Shown here: in pieces, positions 9,763 through 18,395 of the stretch
Layout: each line of letters starts with the position of its first letter
How positions within the stretch are numbered: the stretch's first letter is position 1
NCBI GenBank assembly: GCA_038127595.1
Contig: JAYPIC010000003.1
Coordinates: 1-26,963, forward strand
DNA length: 26,963 bases
Source of the DNA: a bacterium
Lineage (GTDB): Bacteria; Fidelibacterota; Marinisomatia; Marinisomatales; UBA1611
Reading direction: 5' to 3'
The notes under the pieces: model-generated
Database searches by the model: none
The model's input: only the letters and a program-made list of their open reading frames with translations
Told to the model about the DNA's origin: nothing
Position numbers and translations under genes: made by a program

Positions 9763-9849
9763 CTATTTCATCAATATAATTTTTTTATTAGTTGTGGTAT
9801 CATTTTGCTTTATGAGAACAAAATACATTCCAGTCGGTACATCTAATCA
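9763..9849 (-). pseudogene. In-frame continuation of the GH13 CTD after a premature TGA (27 codons)
   Basis: Reads WNGRNSD-TGA-LDVPTGMYFVLIKQNDTTTNKKIILMK-TAG. It aligns with the CotH CTD WNGKGFN-G-SNVSTGTYIVRL...KKISLIK, with TGA at the Gly position. Confidence 0.8.
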
Positions 9850-12501
9850 ATCAGAGTTTCGTCCATTCCAATTAAATGTATTAATGCCTTTATTAATATC
9901 GTTTCGGACCTGATGAAAAATCATTTCACCAAGTGCGTTGTAAATGGAAAAGCGAATCAAATCTTTTGAACTTGTTTCTACCTGTATCAAAATATTAGAA
10001 TTGAATGGATTTGGAAATGTTTCAATTTTTTGAAGTGTATTGTTTAGATGCGATTCTATACTTTCAGAAAAGGAATTTGCCGATAACTGATATTGATTAT
10101 TTGTATAGACTACAGCATCCTTCGCTTTAATCAAAAAATTTCCATAATTCCCATCAGCAGTATGTAAGATATCATTTGAATCAAATATATTATACCAATG
10201 ACCTGAAGATAAAAATGGAACATCCAAAATATTTTGATCTGCAGACGAAAAATTTGCTATGATAACGGCCTGATCATTTAGACTATTATCACGATTATCT
10301 TTGTATCCGTAAACCACCACTCCCTGATTGGTATATCGATATAGGTCATAAAACTCTCCTTTGGAGAAAGCAGGATTGTTTTTACGCAAATAAATTAGTT
10401 TTTTATAATGTTCAAAGTGACTCTGCCCATTTTCAGTTTCTAAAATACTCCAATCTACTGGCCTGTAAGATAATTTCTCTTCATCCCAATTTCCATTCTG
10501 GTTCTGGTCAGTCCATCCAGATTTAAATCCAAATTCTTGACCTTGCCAAAGCATTGGTATACCATTTGAAGTAAATAAGATAGTTGAGTAAAATTTGTCT
10601 CTTGTTAGAGCTTGCGCCATTGTAAAGTTATCAAACTCTACCATTTCCTGTATTAAAGATTGCTCATCATGACTTATCATATATTTTACTGCTTGTGTAA
10701 AATTTGAGTATGGTGTTCCCCAATTTGTGTATTCATGGAGACCAATTATTTGTCTCATAATATCCATGGTACTATTATACTGATTATGTGAATCACTTTT
10801 GAGTCTGTCGTGGAAACTATCATGCCAACCTGAAGATAAATTTGTATTTTCTATTAATGAAATATTAGCTGGAAGATGCTCAGCAATTTGATAGATAGTA
10901 GAGTCATGATCATATAATGCGTTCGACCAACCATAAACACCCAGGCTAGGCTGAGAAACACTCCATCCCAAGTGCGCTGCAGCATCAAACCTAAAACCAT
11001 CTATTTTATATTCATCAACCCATATACGATGAACTTTATTTATATATTCTATCGTATGCACATTAAAGTGATCCATATCTAACATACCCCAAGACTCAGG
11101 TGCCTCATTTGGGTTCATTTGTTCATGATGTTTGATATACGGATTATGATCATAGTCAGGCTGCATTTGCCAAAGTGGGCTTGAGGACCTAATATGATTC
11201 CATATTATATCAAGAATAACAGCTATTCCCCTATTATGGCATTGATCTACAAAATACTTAAACTGTCCAGGCGTTCCATAACTATCATTTACAGCAGAAA
11301 TAATTTGGGGGTCGTATCCCCAAGAATGACTTCCAGGAAATTCCGATATTGGCATAAGTTCAATTGCATTAATTCCCAATGATTTCAAATGATCTAACTT
11401 TTCTAAAACATGTTGAAATGTTCCTGCACCATTGCCAGCTGCTGAAAAATCGTCTATGTGTAGTTCATAAATCACCAATGTATCTAAGTTTGGCCTAGTA
11501 TAGTTGGTGGAAGTCCAATTGTAATCATCTGCCATTGTAGCCCCACCTGACCCAATTTCCATTCGTGTTTTGTCATTCCTAACCATTCTTGACAAAGGGT
11601 CAGGAAATGTTGTCCCGTTTGGAAGAAGGTATTCATAATCGTAAATACCGTTTGGAAGATCCAATTCTGTCCACCAGACATCGGATGATGATGGATCTTT
11701 CTTCAAAGTGATTATATTTTCAGCTTCAACATCATTTACATTGCTAATTTTGATCTGAACAAACTGGTGATTAGGCACCCTTATCGATACATACATAAGT
11801 CCATCATTTTGCTGAGGGCCAAATTCTAAAAAATTAGGAATTGTTTCTTCTATTACTTCTACTTGGTCCTTATTAAACGCTACATACTCATTACCGTCTA
11901 TGTATACAAGAATGCGAAAACTTTCAAAAAAAGAATATGGCAAATCAAAAGGAACATAAAAAACACCATTTTGAAATAAATTTGTCGAGGAAAGAAACCT
12001 CTCACCCGCAACCTCATACTTTATTGAATCAACAACAGTGGAAGATGAAATACTGATACTCATTCCAATAACCAATTCATCATCATTTAGGTGGAAAGAT
12101 GGTTGAAAAAATAATGGATCGCTTACCACTAAAATAGAATTATCCCAACCATCTGATGTAACTACAGGGTTTAATGGGTCCTGAAACCAGGAATAATCAC
12201 TCCCCGATGCATTTTGATGAGTATGAAATTTATATAAGTATTCCTGGCCTATGTTCAGAGTATATGATTTACGGTAAGAGTTAATATCTGAATCATAGTA
12301 CATCAAAGAGGGAGCACTAGGACTGATAACTCCATTTGAATTTGGGCCCCAATCATTAGCGGTTCCATCTGGCATTGTGCCTGGAACAAAAATTCTTACA
12401 AAGTTCTCATCAGAGTCCTTTACGTAACGAAAGGTTACATCAAGTGTCTGCGAAAAAATAACCGATAAAAAGAAGCCAACGCAATATTTTACTATTTTCA
12501 T
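9847..12501 (-). CDS. Exported GH13 (trehalohydrolase/branching-enzyme-like) with N-terminal CBM-like domains and a truncated T9SS-type CTD
   Basis: Signal peptide MKIVKYCVGFFLSVIFS|Q. IYELHIDDF, LGINAIELMP, SWGYDP, DIIWNH, DGFRFDAA, IAEH and SHDE. The CTD starts TFPNPFNSN but ends at an in-frame TGA (9847-9849), and the frame continues to TAG 9763. Confidence 0.88.
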   Translation of the reverse strand: MKIVKYCVGFFLSVIFSQTLDVTFRYVKDSDENFVRIFVPGTMPDGTANDWGPNSNGVISPSAPSLMYYDSDINSYRKSYTLNIGQEYLYKFHTHQNASGSDYSWFQDPLNPVVTSDGWDNSILVVSDPLFFQPSFHLNDDELVIGMSISISSSTVVDSIKYEVAGERFLSSTNLFQNGVFYVPFDLPYSFFESFRILVYIDGNEYVAFNKDQVEVIEETIPNFLEFGPQQNDGLMYVSIRVPNHQFVQIKISNVNDVEAENIITLKKDPSSSDVWWTELDLPNGIYDYEYLLPNGTTFPDPLSRMVRNDKTRMEIGSGGATMADDYNWTSTNYTRPNLDTLVIYELHIDDFSAAGNGAGTFQHVLEKLDHLKSLGINAIELMPISEFPGSHSWGYDPQIISAVNDSYGTPGQFKYFVDQCHNRGIAVILDIIWNHIRSSSPLWQMQPDYDHNPYIKHHEQMNPNEAPESWGMLDMDHFNVHTIEYINKVHRIWVDEYKIDGFRFDAAAHLGWSVSQPSLGVYGWSNALYDHDSTIYQIAEHLPANISLIENTNLSSGWHDSFHDRLKSDSHNQYNSTMDIMRQIIGLHEYTNWGTPYSNFTQAVKYMISHDEQSLIQEMVEFDNFTMAQALTRDKFYSTILFTSNGIPMLWQGQEFGFKSGWTDQNQNGNWDEEKLSYRPVDWSILETENGQSHFEHYKKLIYLRKNNPAFSKGEFYDLYRYTNQGVVVYGYKDNRDNSLNDQAVIIANFSSADQNILDVPFLSSGHWYNIFDSNDILHTADGNYGNFLIKAKDAVVYTNNQYQLSANSFSESIESHLNNTLQKIETFPNPFNSNILIQVETSSKDLIRFSIYNALGEMIFHQVRNDINKGINTFNWNGRNSD

Positions 12502-14291
12502 ATTTTTACTTCTTTAGACAAATGTCTAAACCAAAACCAGTATAGCCCAATTGATAAAAAGAAAAATATAGACAGTAAAATGAAAAAATTTGACCACTGC
12601 TTTAGTACAATCATCATACCTGTTAAGAACAGTGTTATTTGCCAAGGCACCGCAAAAAATATTGAAATTATATCTCTTTTATTTTCTTCATTTATTTTAG
12701 AAATAATGCTAGGATCTAACTTAGACCTTATATTACTCCAAAAACCAAATGGTCGTGTAATTTTATAAAAATTTAAAAGTATTTTTTCATCAGTTGGCTT
12801 AGAAAATAATGTACCTAGAATACATCCTAATAATGAACTGCCGCTGGCAATTAAAAATGAATTGTATTCTGCTATTTGGCCAGAGAAAATTTTAGTCATA
12901 ATTGCAGCTACCATACCAAAAATAGTACCTACTGCAAACCCATATCCATTAAACCTCCACCAGTACCATCGTATTACCTGAGGAATGAACATACCTGCTC
13001 CAATACCCATCGTAATCCAGCCCCAAATCTCATTAATATTAGATATAGTTAAGCTAAATAATAGTGCCATAGCAACGATAACTAAGGAACTTATCCGACT
13101 TTGTAACATCAGCTCTTTTTGCGACGCATTTGGCCTTAGATATGTTTGGTAAAGATCCTTTACCCAGTATGCTGCGCCAGCATTAACAGTAGAATCAAAC
13201 GTTGACATTGCAGCCGCCATTAAGCCCGCAATTAAAAGTCCTTTAATTCCTGTCGGAATATAATATTTTATAACTGTGGGCAATACTAACTCGGGATCAG
13301 CAATGACATTATAATCTGGATTCAAACCGTGGTAAATGCCAAGCATAGCAAATGATGCTATCAATGGCCACCTAAACGCTAATAAACTAGTCCAAAATAA
13401 AGATAAAATGCCTGCCTCTCTATCTGATTTAGCTGCAAAATACCTCTGCAACATGTATCCACCAGCACCACTGGCACCTTCTAAAGTAACCTTGAATAGA
13501 TAAAACATAATGGCAATACCAAATAAATTATATATTTCAAATGTTGAACCTTTTGGCATACTCATTTCCTGAGGAGGTGTAATTCTCGTCCACTCAGATA
13601 GAGATGTTTTTATTTGCGTAAATGTTCCATCAACCATTGGCACAGAAATAAAAAAACTTTCAGGTAAATCAACAGTAATCATCGCAGTAATAGATATGTA
13701 CATGATTACAAAAAAAATAAAAATACCTTGAAATACATCTGTCCATACAACCCCATATAGACCACTAGCAACAGTGTAGATCATTGCTAGTACGACCATT
13801 AATAAGGAAGCATAGATAGGTTCAAGCGATAAAAATTCTCCAACAAATTTCCCGGCACCAATAATGAAGTATGTAACCATTGCTACAGTCATAATTATAG
13901 ATGCTAAAGCTGCAATGACTCGCGCTAGGTCACCCTCAAAACTTTTGCCAAATCGAAAATGCATCCATTCAGCTTGTGTCATAACTTGTGAGCGTCTATT
14001 CCATTTACCCATAAATACCATTAAAAAAGCCATGATTAGTGTTACTCCACCCCTTATCTCAATGAAGAACCCTTTTGTGCCTAATGCATAGATAAAAGCT
14101 GTGTTAATCATTGTACCAGCGATGTCAGTATTCGATGCCATACCAGAGGCCCCTAGAACCCACCATGGCAATTTGCGATTACCTAGAAAAAAAGAATCAA
14201 TTCCTTCTGATGCTTTTTTTTGCGCCAGAAGTCCAACAAGCACGATTGCAAACAAATAAACAATTACAATTATAATATCAATTGTTTCCAT
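12498..14291 (-). CDS. Sodium:solute symporter (SSS/SLC5 family), probable sugar importer
   Basis: About 14 TM. Motifs FFLGNRKLPWW, SGMASNTD, YTVASGLYGVVWTD, QRYFAAKS and GLLIAGLMAAAMSTFDS. SD AGGA upstream. Confidence 0.92.
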   Translation of the reverse strand: METIDIIIVIVYLFAIVLVGLLAQKKASEGIDSFFLGNRKLPWWVLGASGMASNTDIAGTMINTAFIYALGTKGFFIEIRGGVTLIMAFLMVFMGKWNRRSQVMTQAEWMHFRFGKSFEGDLARVIAALASIIMTVAMVTYFIIGAGKFVGEFLSLEPIYASLLMVVLAMIYTVASGLYGVVWTDVFQGIFIFFVIMYISITAMITVDLPESFFISVPMVDGTFTQIKTSLSEWTRITPPQEMSMPKGSTFEIYNLFGIAIMFYLFKVTLEGASGAGGYMLQRYFAAKSDREAGILSLFWTSLLAFRWPLIASFAMLGIYHGLNPDYNVIADPELVLPTVIKYYIPTGIKGLLIAGLMAAAMSTFDSTVNAGAAYWVKDLYQTYLRPNASQKELMLQSRISSLVIVAMALLFSLTISNINEIWGWITMGIGAGMFIPQVIRWYWWRFNGYGFAVGTIFGMVAAIMTKIFSGQIAEYNSFLIASGSSLLGCILGTLFSKPTDEKILLNFYKITRPFGFWSNIRSKLDPSIISKINEENKRDIISIFFAVPWQITLFLTGMMIVLKQWSNFFILLSIFFFLSIGLYWFWFRHLSKEVKI

Positions 14292-14299
14292 ATCAATTC

Positions 14300-15934
14300 C
14301 TAACTATAGTATAGTTTTTGATAATCTCTTAACATTCTTTGAGATGTAAAATCTACACCAGTTTTAATTGAATTTCTCATTATTGAAATCCACCTTTTCT
14401 TATTTTCATAAAAGGTAGGGATCACATCTTTTTCTAAAACATCGTATAGACTATCTGCATCACTTTCATTATCTGAGTTTTTAGATGTTCCAATAGACCA
14501 ACCATTTATTTTATTATTACAACCTTCTTCCCACCACCCATCTAAAATGGATAGGTTAGGAATTCCATTTAATGCAGACTTCATACCACTCGTACCAGAT
14601 GCCTCATTTGGCCTTAACGGTGTATTTAGCCAAACGTCTACACCAGTTGTAATTAATTTTCCTAGCCACATATTATAGTTTTCTAAATAAATAATTTTAA
14701 TTTTACCTTCAAACTTTTTAGCATTTTCTATAATTCCATAAATTAATTCTTTACCCTCTTTATCGTTTGGATGCGCTTTCCCTGAAAAGATCAATTGAAT
14801 ATTTCCTCCTCCAATTTCTATCAGTCTTTCAGCATCTTTGAAGATTAATTGGGCTCTTTTATAGGTAGCAGCTCTTCTTGCAAATCCTATGGTTAAAACA
14901 TTTGGGTCTAATGCTTTAGAAAGTTGCGAATTTGCATAATGCAATAAATCTGTTTTTGCATTTAAGTGAGCGTTCCATAATGAACTTGAATCCATTTTAT
15001 CAATATCTAATAAAAGCTCTGGTCTTATTTGCCAGCCAGGGAAAAATTTATCATATAAGGCAGCAAAAGAATTACTAACCCATGTATAGTGGTGAACACC
15101 ATTGGTAACATATCCTATGTCTTTCCAAGGAAACTGTTTTTGAGCCACATCTCCATGCAGCTTTGAAACCCCGTTTGCTGAGCTACTAAAGTATAAACCT
15201 AATTCTGTCATATGAAATTTATTTTGTTGCAATGAAGGTAAAGGAAGCTCGCTTGGCACCAAGTCACCAAGTATTTCCTTTACTAATTTAAATTCAAATT
15301 GATCATGCCCTGCAGCTACAGGAGTATGTGTTGTAAAATGACATTTTGATCTAACTTTATCAATGTTACCTTTAAATTTTTTGAGAAGATCTAGGACTAA
15401 AAAAGAACAGTGGCCCTCATTCATATGATATTTTATGATTTTGTCTTCCCCCAACACATCCAACAATTTCATTCCCCCAAATCCTAAAACTGCTTCTTGA
15501 AGGATTCTGTGCTTATTATCACCTGAATATAATCTTAATGTAATTTCACGGGTTTCATTGTCATTTTCAGGTATGTCTGTATCAAGAAAATATATTGGAA
15601 TATTATTTCCATTAATGCTTTTGTGGTTATATACACTGGCTTTGATATAAGTTTTTTTACCATTTAACTTTATCGAAAACATATGATCAAGCTGTTTTAA
15701 CAATGGCTCCGGAATAAATTTAGGGTATATCTCTTTTTGCTTACCTTCTTGATCAATTATCTGCTTAAAATATCCTTCTTTATATAATAGGGATATAGCA
15801 ACCATATTAATACCAAGATCAGCAGCGGACTTTATGTGGTCACCCGCTAAGACTCCTAGTCCACCACTGTATGTGGGTAGATTAGATGATATGCCTATTT
15901 CTGCAGAAAAGTATGCTATTTGATTATCTGTCAT
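14300..15934 (-). CDS. glgP: Alpha-glucan (glycogen/maltodextrin) phosphorylase, GT35
   Basis: AYFSAEIG, YSGGLGVLAGDH, HMNEGH, FTTHTPVAAGHD, GFARRAATYKR, GKAHP and the PLP-lysine motif EASGTSGMK. I prefer ATG 15934 (TGATG coupling, SD GGGGAG 6 nt upstream) to GTG 15937. Confidence 0.95.
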   Translation of the reverse strand: MTDNQIAYFSAEIGISSNLPTYSGGLGVLAGDHIKSAADLGINMVAISLLYKEGYFKQIIDQEGKQKEIYPKFIPEPLLKQLDHMFSIKLNGKKTYIKASVYNHKSINGNNIPIYFLDTDIPENDNETREITLRLYSGDNKHRILQEAVLGFGGMKLLDVLGEDKIIKYHMNEGHCSFLVLDLLKKFKGNIDKVRSKCHFTTHTPVAAGHDQFEFKLVKEILGDLVPSELPLPSLQQNKFHMTELGLYFSSSANGVSKLHGDVAQKQFPWKDIGYVTNGVHHYTWVSNSFAALYDKFFPGWQIRPELLLDIDKMDSSSLWNAHLNAKTDLLHYANSQLSKALDPNVLTIGFARRAATYKRAQLIFKDAERLIEIGGGNIQLIFSGKAHPNDKEGKELIYGIIENAKKFEGKIKIIYLENYNMWLGKLITTGVDVWLNTPLRPNEASGTSGMKSALNGIPNLSILDGWWEEGCNNKINGWSIGTSKNSDNESDADSLYDVLEKDVIPTFYENKKRWISIMRNSIKTGVDFTSQRMLRDYQKLYYS

Positions 15935-17436
15935 CACGCTCTCCCCGAACTATGTGTAATTGATTTCATCACGCTCACTAAACCATCATGCAAATCATTT
16001 AAATTATATTTCCAACTCCAATTAGCATTACTTAATGTACCTGGTTCATTCATTCTGCAATCACTCTCAAGGCCAATTAGATCCTGCAATGGAATAATGA
16101 CTAATGGATATTCTGTTTCCATGCAATATTTAATGATTTCAAGATGTATATCACTGGAATTTTTATCAATAATTTGTCTGAGTTCATTGGATTGAAAATT
16201 AATCTCACCTCTACGAAATGAATCTTTTAATTCTTTTTCATACCAGCCTATTAATGTGTCGTTATCATGAGTTCCTGTAAACAATACTTTATTTTCTCTC
16301 TCTTTCTTAGATATATTATAGTAATCAAACTGAAATACCTTCATACCAGGTATATTTTTAAAAGACCTAAGTTCAATGACTTCATTTGACAACTCACCCA
16401 AATCTTCGGCAAGTATCTTTAACCTAGGGATATTGTTATATAGTGCATCGATAAACTGCCTTCCAGGCCCATTAGACCATTTACCATTTATTCCATTTTC
16501 GTGCTTAACAGGTATTTCCCAAAATTTTAAAATACCATTAAAGTGATCGAACCTTACTAGGTCAACAGTTGATGTTAAATAGCTCATTCTTGATACCCAC
16601 CAACTGTAATTATCTTCGGAGTGAATTTCCCAATTATAAATTGGGTGCCCCCAGACTTGTCCCTCTTCCATAAAATAATCTGGTGGACAACCAGATTTAA
16701 CAACCATGTTTCCATCATCATTCAACTTAAATAAATGCTGATTTGCCCAAACATCCGCACTATCATGCGAAACATATATTGGCAAATCACCAATTAAAGA
16801 AATGTTTTTATCATTTGCATAATTTTTCAATAAATGCCATTGTTTATCGAAAAAATATTGAATGATCTTAATAATTTCTATTTCTTCATTGTTAATTTCT
16901 AATACGCCCTCTAATGTTTTTCTGTTGAAACATTTTAAATCATTGTCCCATTCAAACCATGGTAAATCATTATTTTTATCTTTTAATACTTTATAAGCTG
17001 CATAACTATTTAACCAATATTTATTCTTTTCACAAAAAATTTTAAAATCATCATTTTGCTTATGTTTAAACTTTTTTTGAAAAGCTATAGCTGCTTTTGT
17101 AAGTAAAGGTAATTTCCATTTTTTTAAACGATTAAAATCAATTTTTGGACTATTTGGATCTATAGTATAATCGATATCGCTATTATCTAATAGTCCATCT
17201 ACTAACAAAAGATCTAAACTGATGAACATTGGATTTTGCGCAAAAGCTGAACTAGTATCATAAGGGCTATTACTATCGTTTGGCTCATTTGTTGGCAGAA
17301 TTTGCCAATATACTTGACCCATTTGCTCTAATTTATCGATGAAATTATATGCTTGTTCTCCTAGATCACCTATGCCATGCTTACTAGGCAATGAGGAAAT
17401 ATGGAGCAGAATCCCACTTTTTCGATTTTCTAACAT
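15934..17436 (-). CDS. malQ: 4-alpha-glucanotransferase (amylomaltase, GH77)
   Basis: RKSGILLHISSLP, GIGDLG, WQILP, SPY...SAFA, IGDLPIYV, GCPPDYF..GQVWGHP, RFDHF, AEDLG, TGTHDNDT and RMNEPG...NW. Confidence 0.96.
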   Translation of the reverse strand: MLENRKSGILLHISSLPSKHGIGDLGEQAYNFIDKLEQMGQVYWQILPTNEPNDSNSPYDTSSAFAQNPMFISLDLLLVDGLLDNSDIDYTIDPNSPKIDFNRLKKWKLPLLTKAAIAFQKKFKHKQNDDFKIFCEKNKYWLNSYAAYKVLKDKNNDLPWFEWDNDLKCFNRKTLEGVLEINNEEIEIIKIIQYFFDKQWHLLKNYANDKNISLIGDLPIYVSHDSADVWANQHLFKLNDDGNMVVKSGCPPDYFMEEGQVWGHPIYNWEIHSEDNYSWWVSRMSYLTSTVDLVRFDHFNGILKFWEIPVKHENGINGKWSNGPGRQFIDALYNNIPRLKILAEDLGELSNEVIELRSFKNIPGMKVFQFDYYNISKKERENKVLFTGTHDNDTLIGWYEKELKDSFRRGEINFQSNELRQIIDKNSSDIHLEIIKYCMETEYPLVIIPLQDLIGLESDCRMNEPGTLSNANWSWKYNLNDLHDGLVSVMKSITHSSGRA

Positions 17437-17443
17437 AATGAAC

Positions 17444-18244
17444 CTATTTTGAGTCGAACAGCGATTCTAATTTGACATCTGATTCATCTAAAATTGATGA
17501 TACAATTTTGGTTGAATCAAACCCTAAACGGTTACCGGCAAGCGTAATGTCCAAGATAAGATGGTCGGTTGCTATTTCAGTGATAGCCTGGTTTTCAGTA
17601 AAGATAGACCTACTATCATCATGTTTTCTTGCGCTTCCCATCATAGTAAATTTTTTATCTACCACTAAAATCATTTTTGGTTTCCATACTTTTCTAAGTT
17701 TATTCTCATCGATATCGTAACTAACTAGTTCACCAATTTTTTTAGAAATCTTCGTAAATGAAAAAAGAGTTATATGAACCTGACGAGATGATGCTTTTTT
17801 TAACTCATCATTTATTTCTTCAATTTCACGATTCCATGCACTCAATACTATTTGTTCATTTGATAAATCTATCATTTCCTTGGCTTTTTCAATCATATTG
17901 CCGTAACCATGCAAATGCCAGAAATCAAAAGCTTCATCATTCGGGTCTACTTCTTCAATAGCATCTTTCAAGTCATCCATTCTTTTATTATGCTTCTTAT
18001 GTAAAAGATCGATTAAAGAGGAAGCTGGAAGAGGGATATAACGTCTGGGGTCTTTACCTACGCTACTTACTAGACCCATGTTAACAAGTTTAGCTAAAAC
18101 ATTATAAATAGCAGATCTTGGAATATCAGCTTGCCCACTAATTTCATATCCAGTAGATGGGTTTTTTCTTAGTAGAGCAATATATGCTTTTGCGGCATTT
18201 GATGTCAGACCAAATTCTTTTAATAAACTTTGAAGATTATTCAT
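17444..18244 (-). CDS. TrmB-family sugar-sensing transcriptional regulator
   Basis: N-terminal TrmB wHTH (LKEFGLTSNAAKAYIALL..TGYEIS..ADIPRSAIYNVLAKLVNMGLV...PRRYIP). C-terminal effector domain (MIDLSNEQIVLSAW, MILVVDKK). Confidence 0.9.
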   Translation of the reverse strand: MNNLQSLLKEFGLTSNAAKAYIALLRKNPSTGYEISGQADIPRSAIYNVLAKLVNMGLVSSVGKDPRRYIPLPASSLIDLLHKKHNKRMDDLKDAIEEVDPNDEAFDFWHLHGYGNMIEKAKEMIDLSNEQIVLSAWNREIEEINDELKKASSRQVHITLFSFTKISKKIGELVSYDIDENKLRKVWKPKMILVVDKKFTMMGSARKHDDSRSIFTENQAITEIATDHLILDITLAGNRLGFDSTKIVSSILDESDVKLESLFDSK

Positions 18245-18318
18245 TAAATTATCTTTTCTTCAGCAATTTTAAATTTTTACGAAAATACTATATTATATTA
18301 TTTAAAGAATTATAAATT

Positions 18319-18340
18319 AATAACTCATAATAGAGTTACT
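18319..18340. promoter_or_regulatory. Palindromic operator, copy 1 (AATAACTCA-TAAT-AGAGTTACT) in the divergent trmB/TBDR promoter
   Basis: Imperfect inverted repeat with core TAACTC-N6-GAGTTA. It matches the perfect copy at 26778-26799 at 16 of 18 arm positions. Confidence 0.75.
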
Positions 18341-18395
18341 AATATAAAGTTTTTAATTAAATCAATGAATAACTTTATAAAAATAATATGATAGT

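Noticed and set aside
9847..9849. Genome-wide TGA=Gly recoding (code 25) or selenocysteine as the explanation of the in-frame TGA
   Set aside because: TGA is the true stop of cotH, SSS, malQ, the TBDR and the large protein, and no other long ORF is interrupted. The aligned residue is Gly, not Cys.
18365..18391. Tiny upstream ORF MNNFIKII before the TBDR as a leader peptide
   Set aside because: It has no SD or attenuator structure and is expected by chance in very AT-rich DNA.
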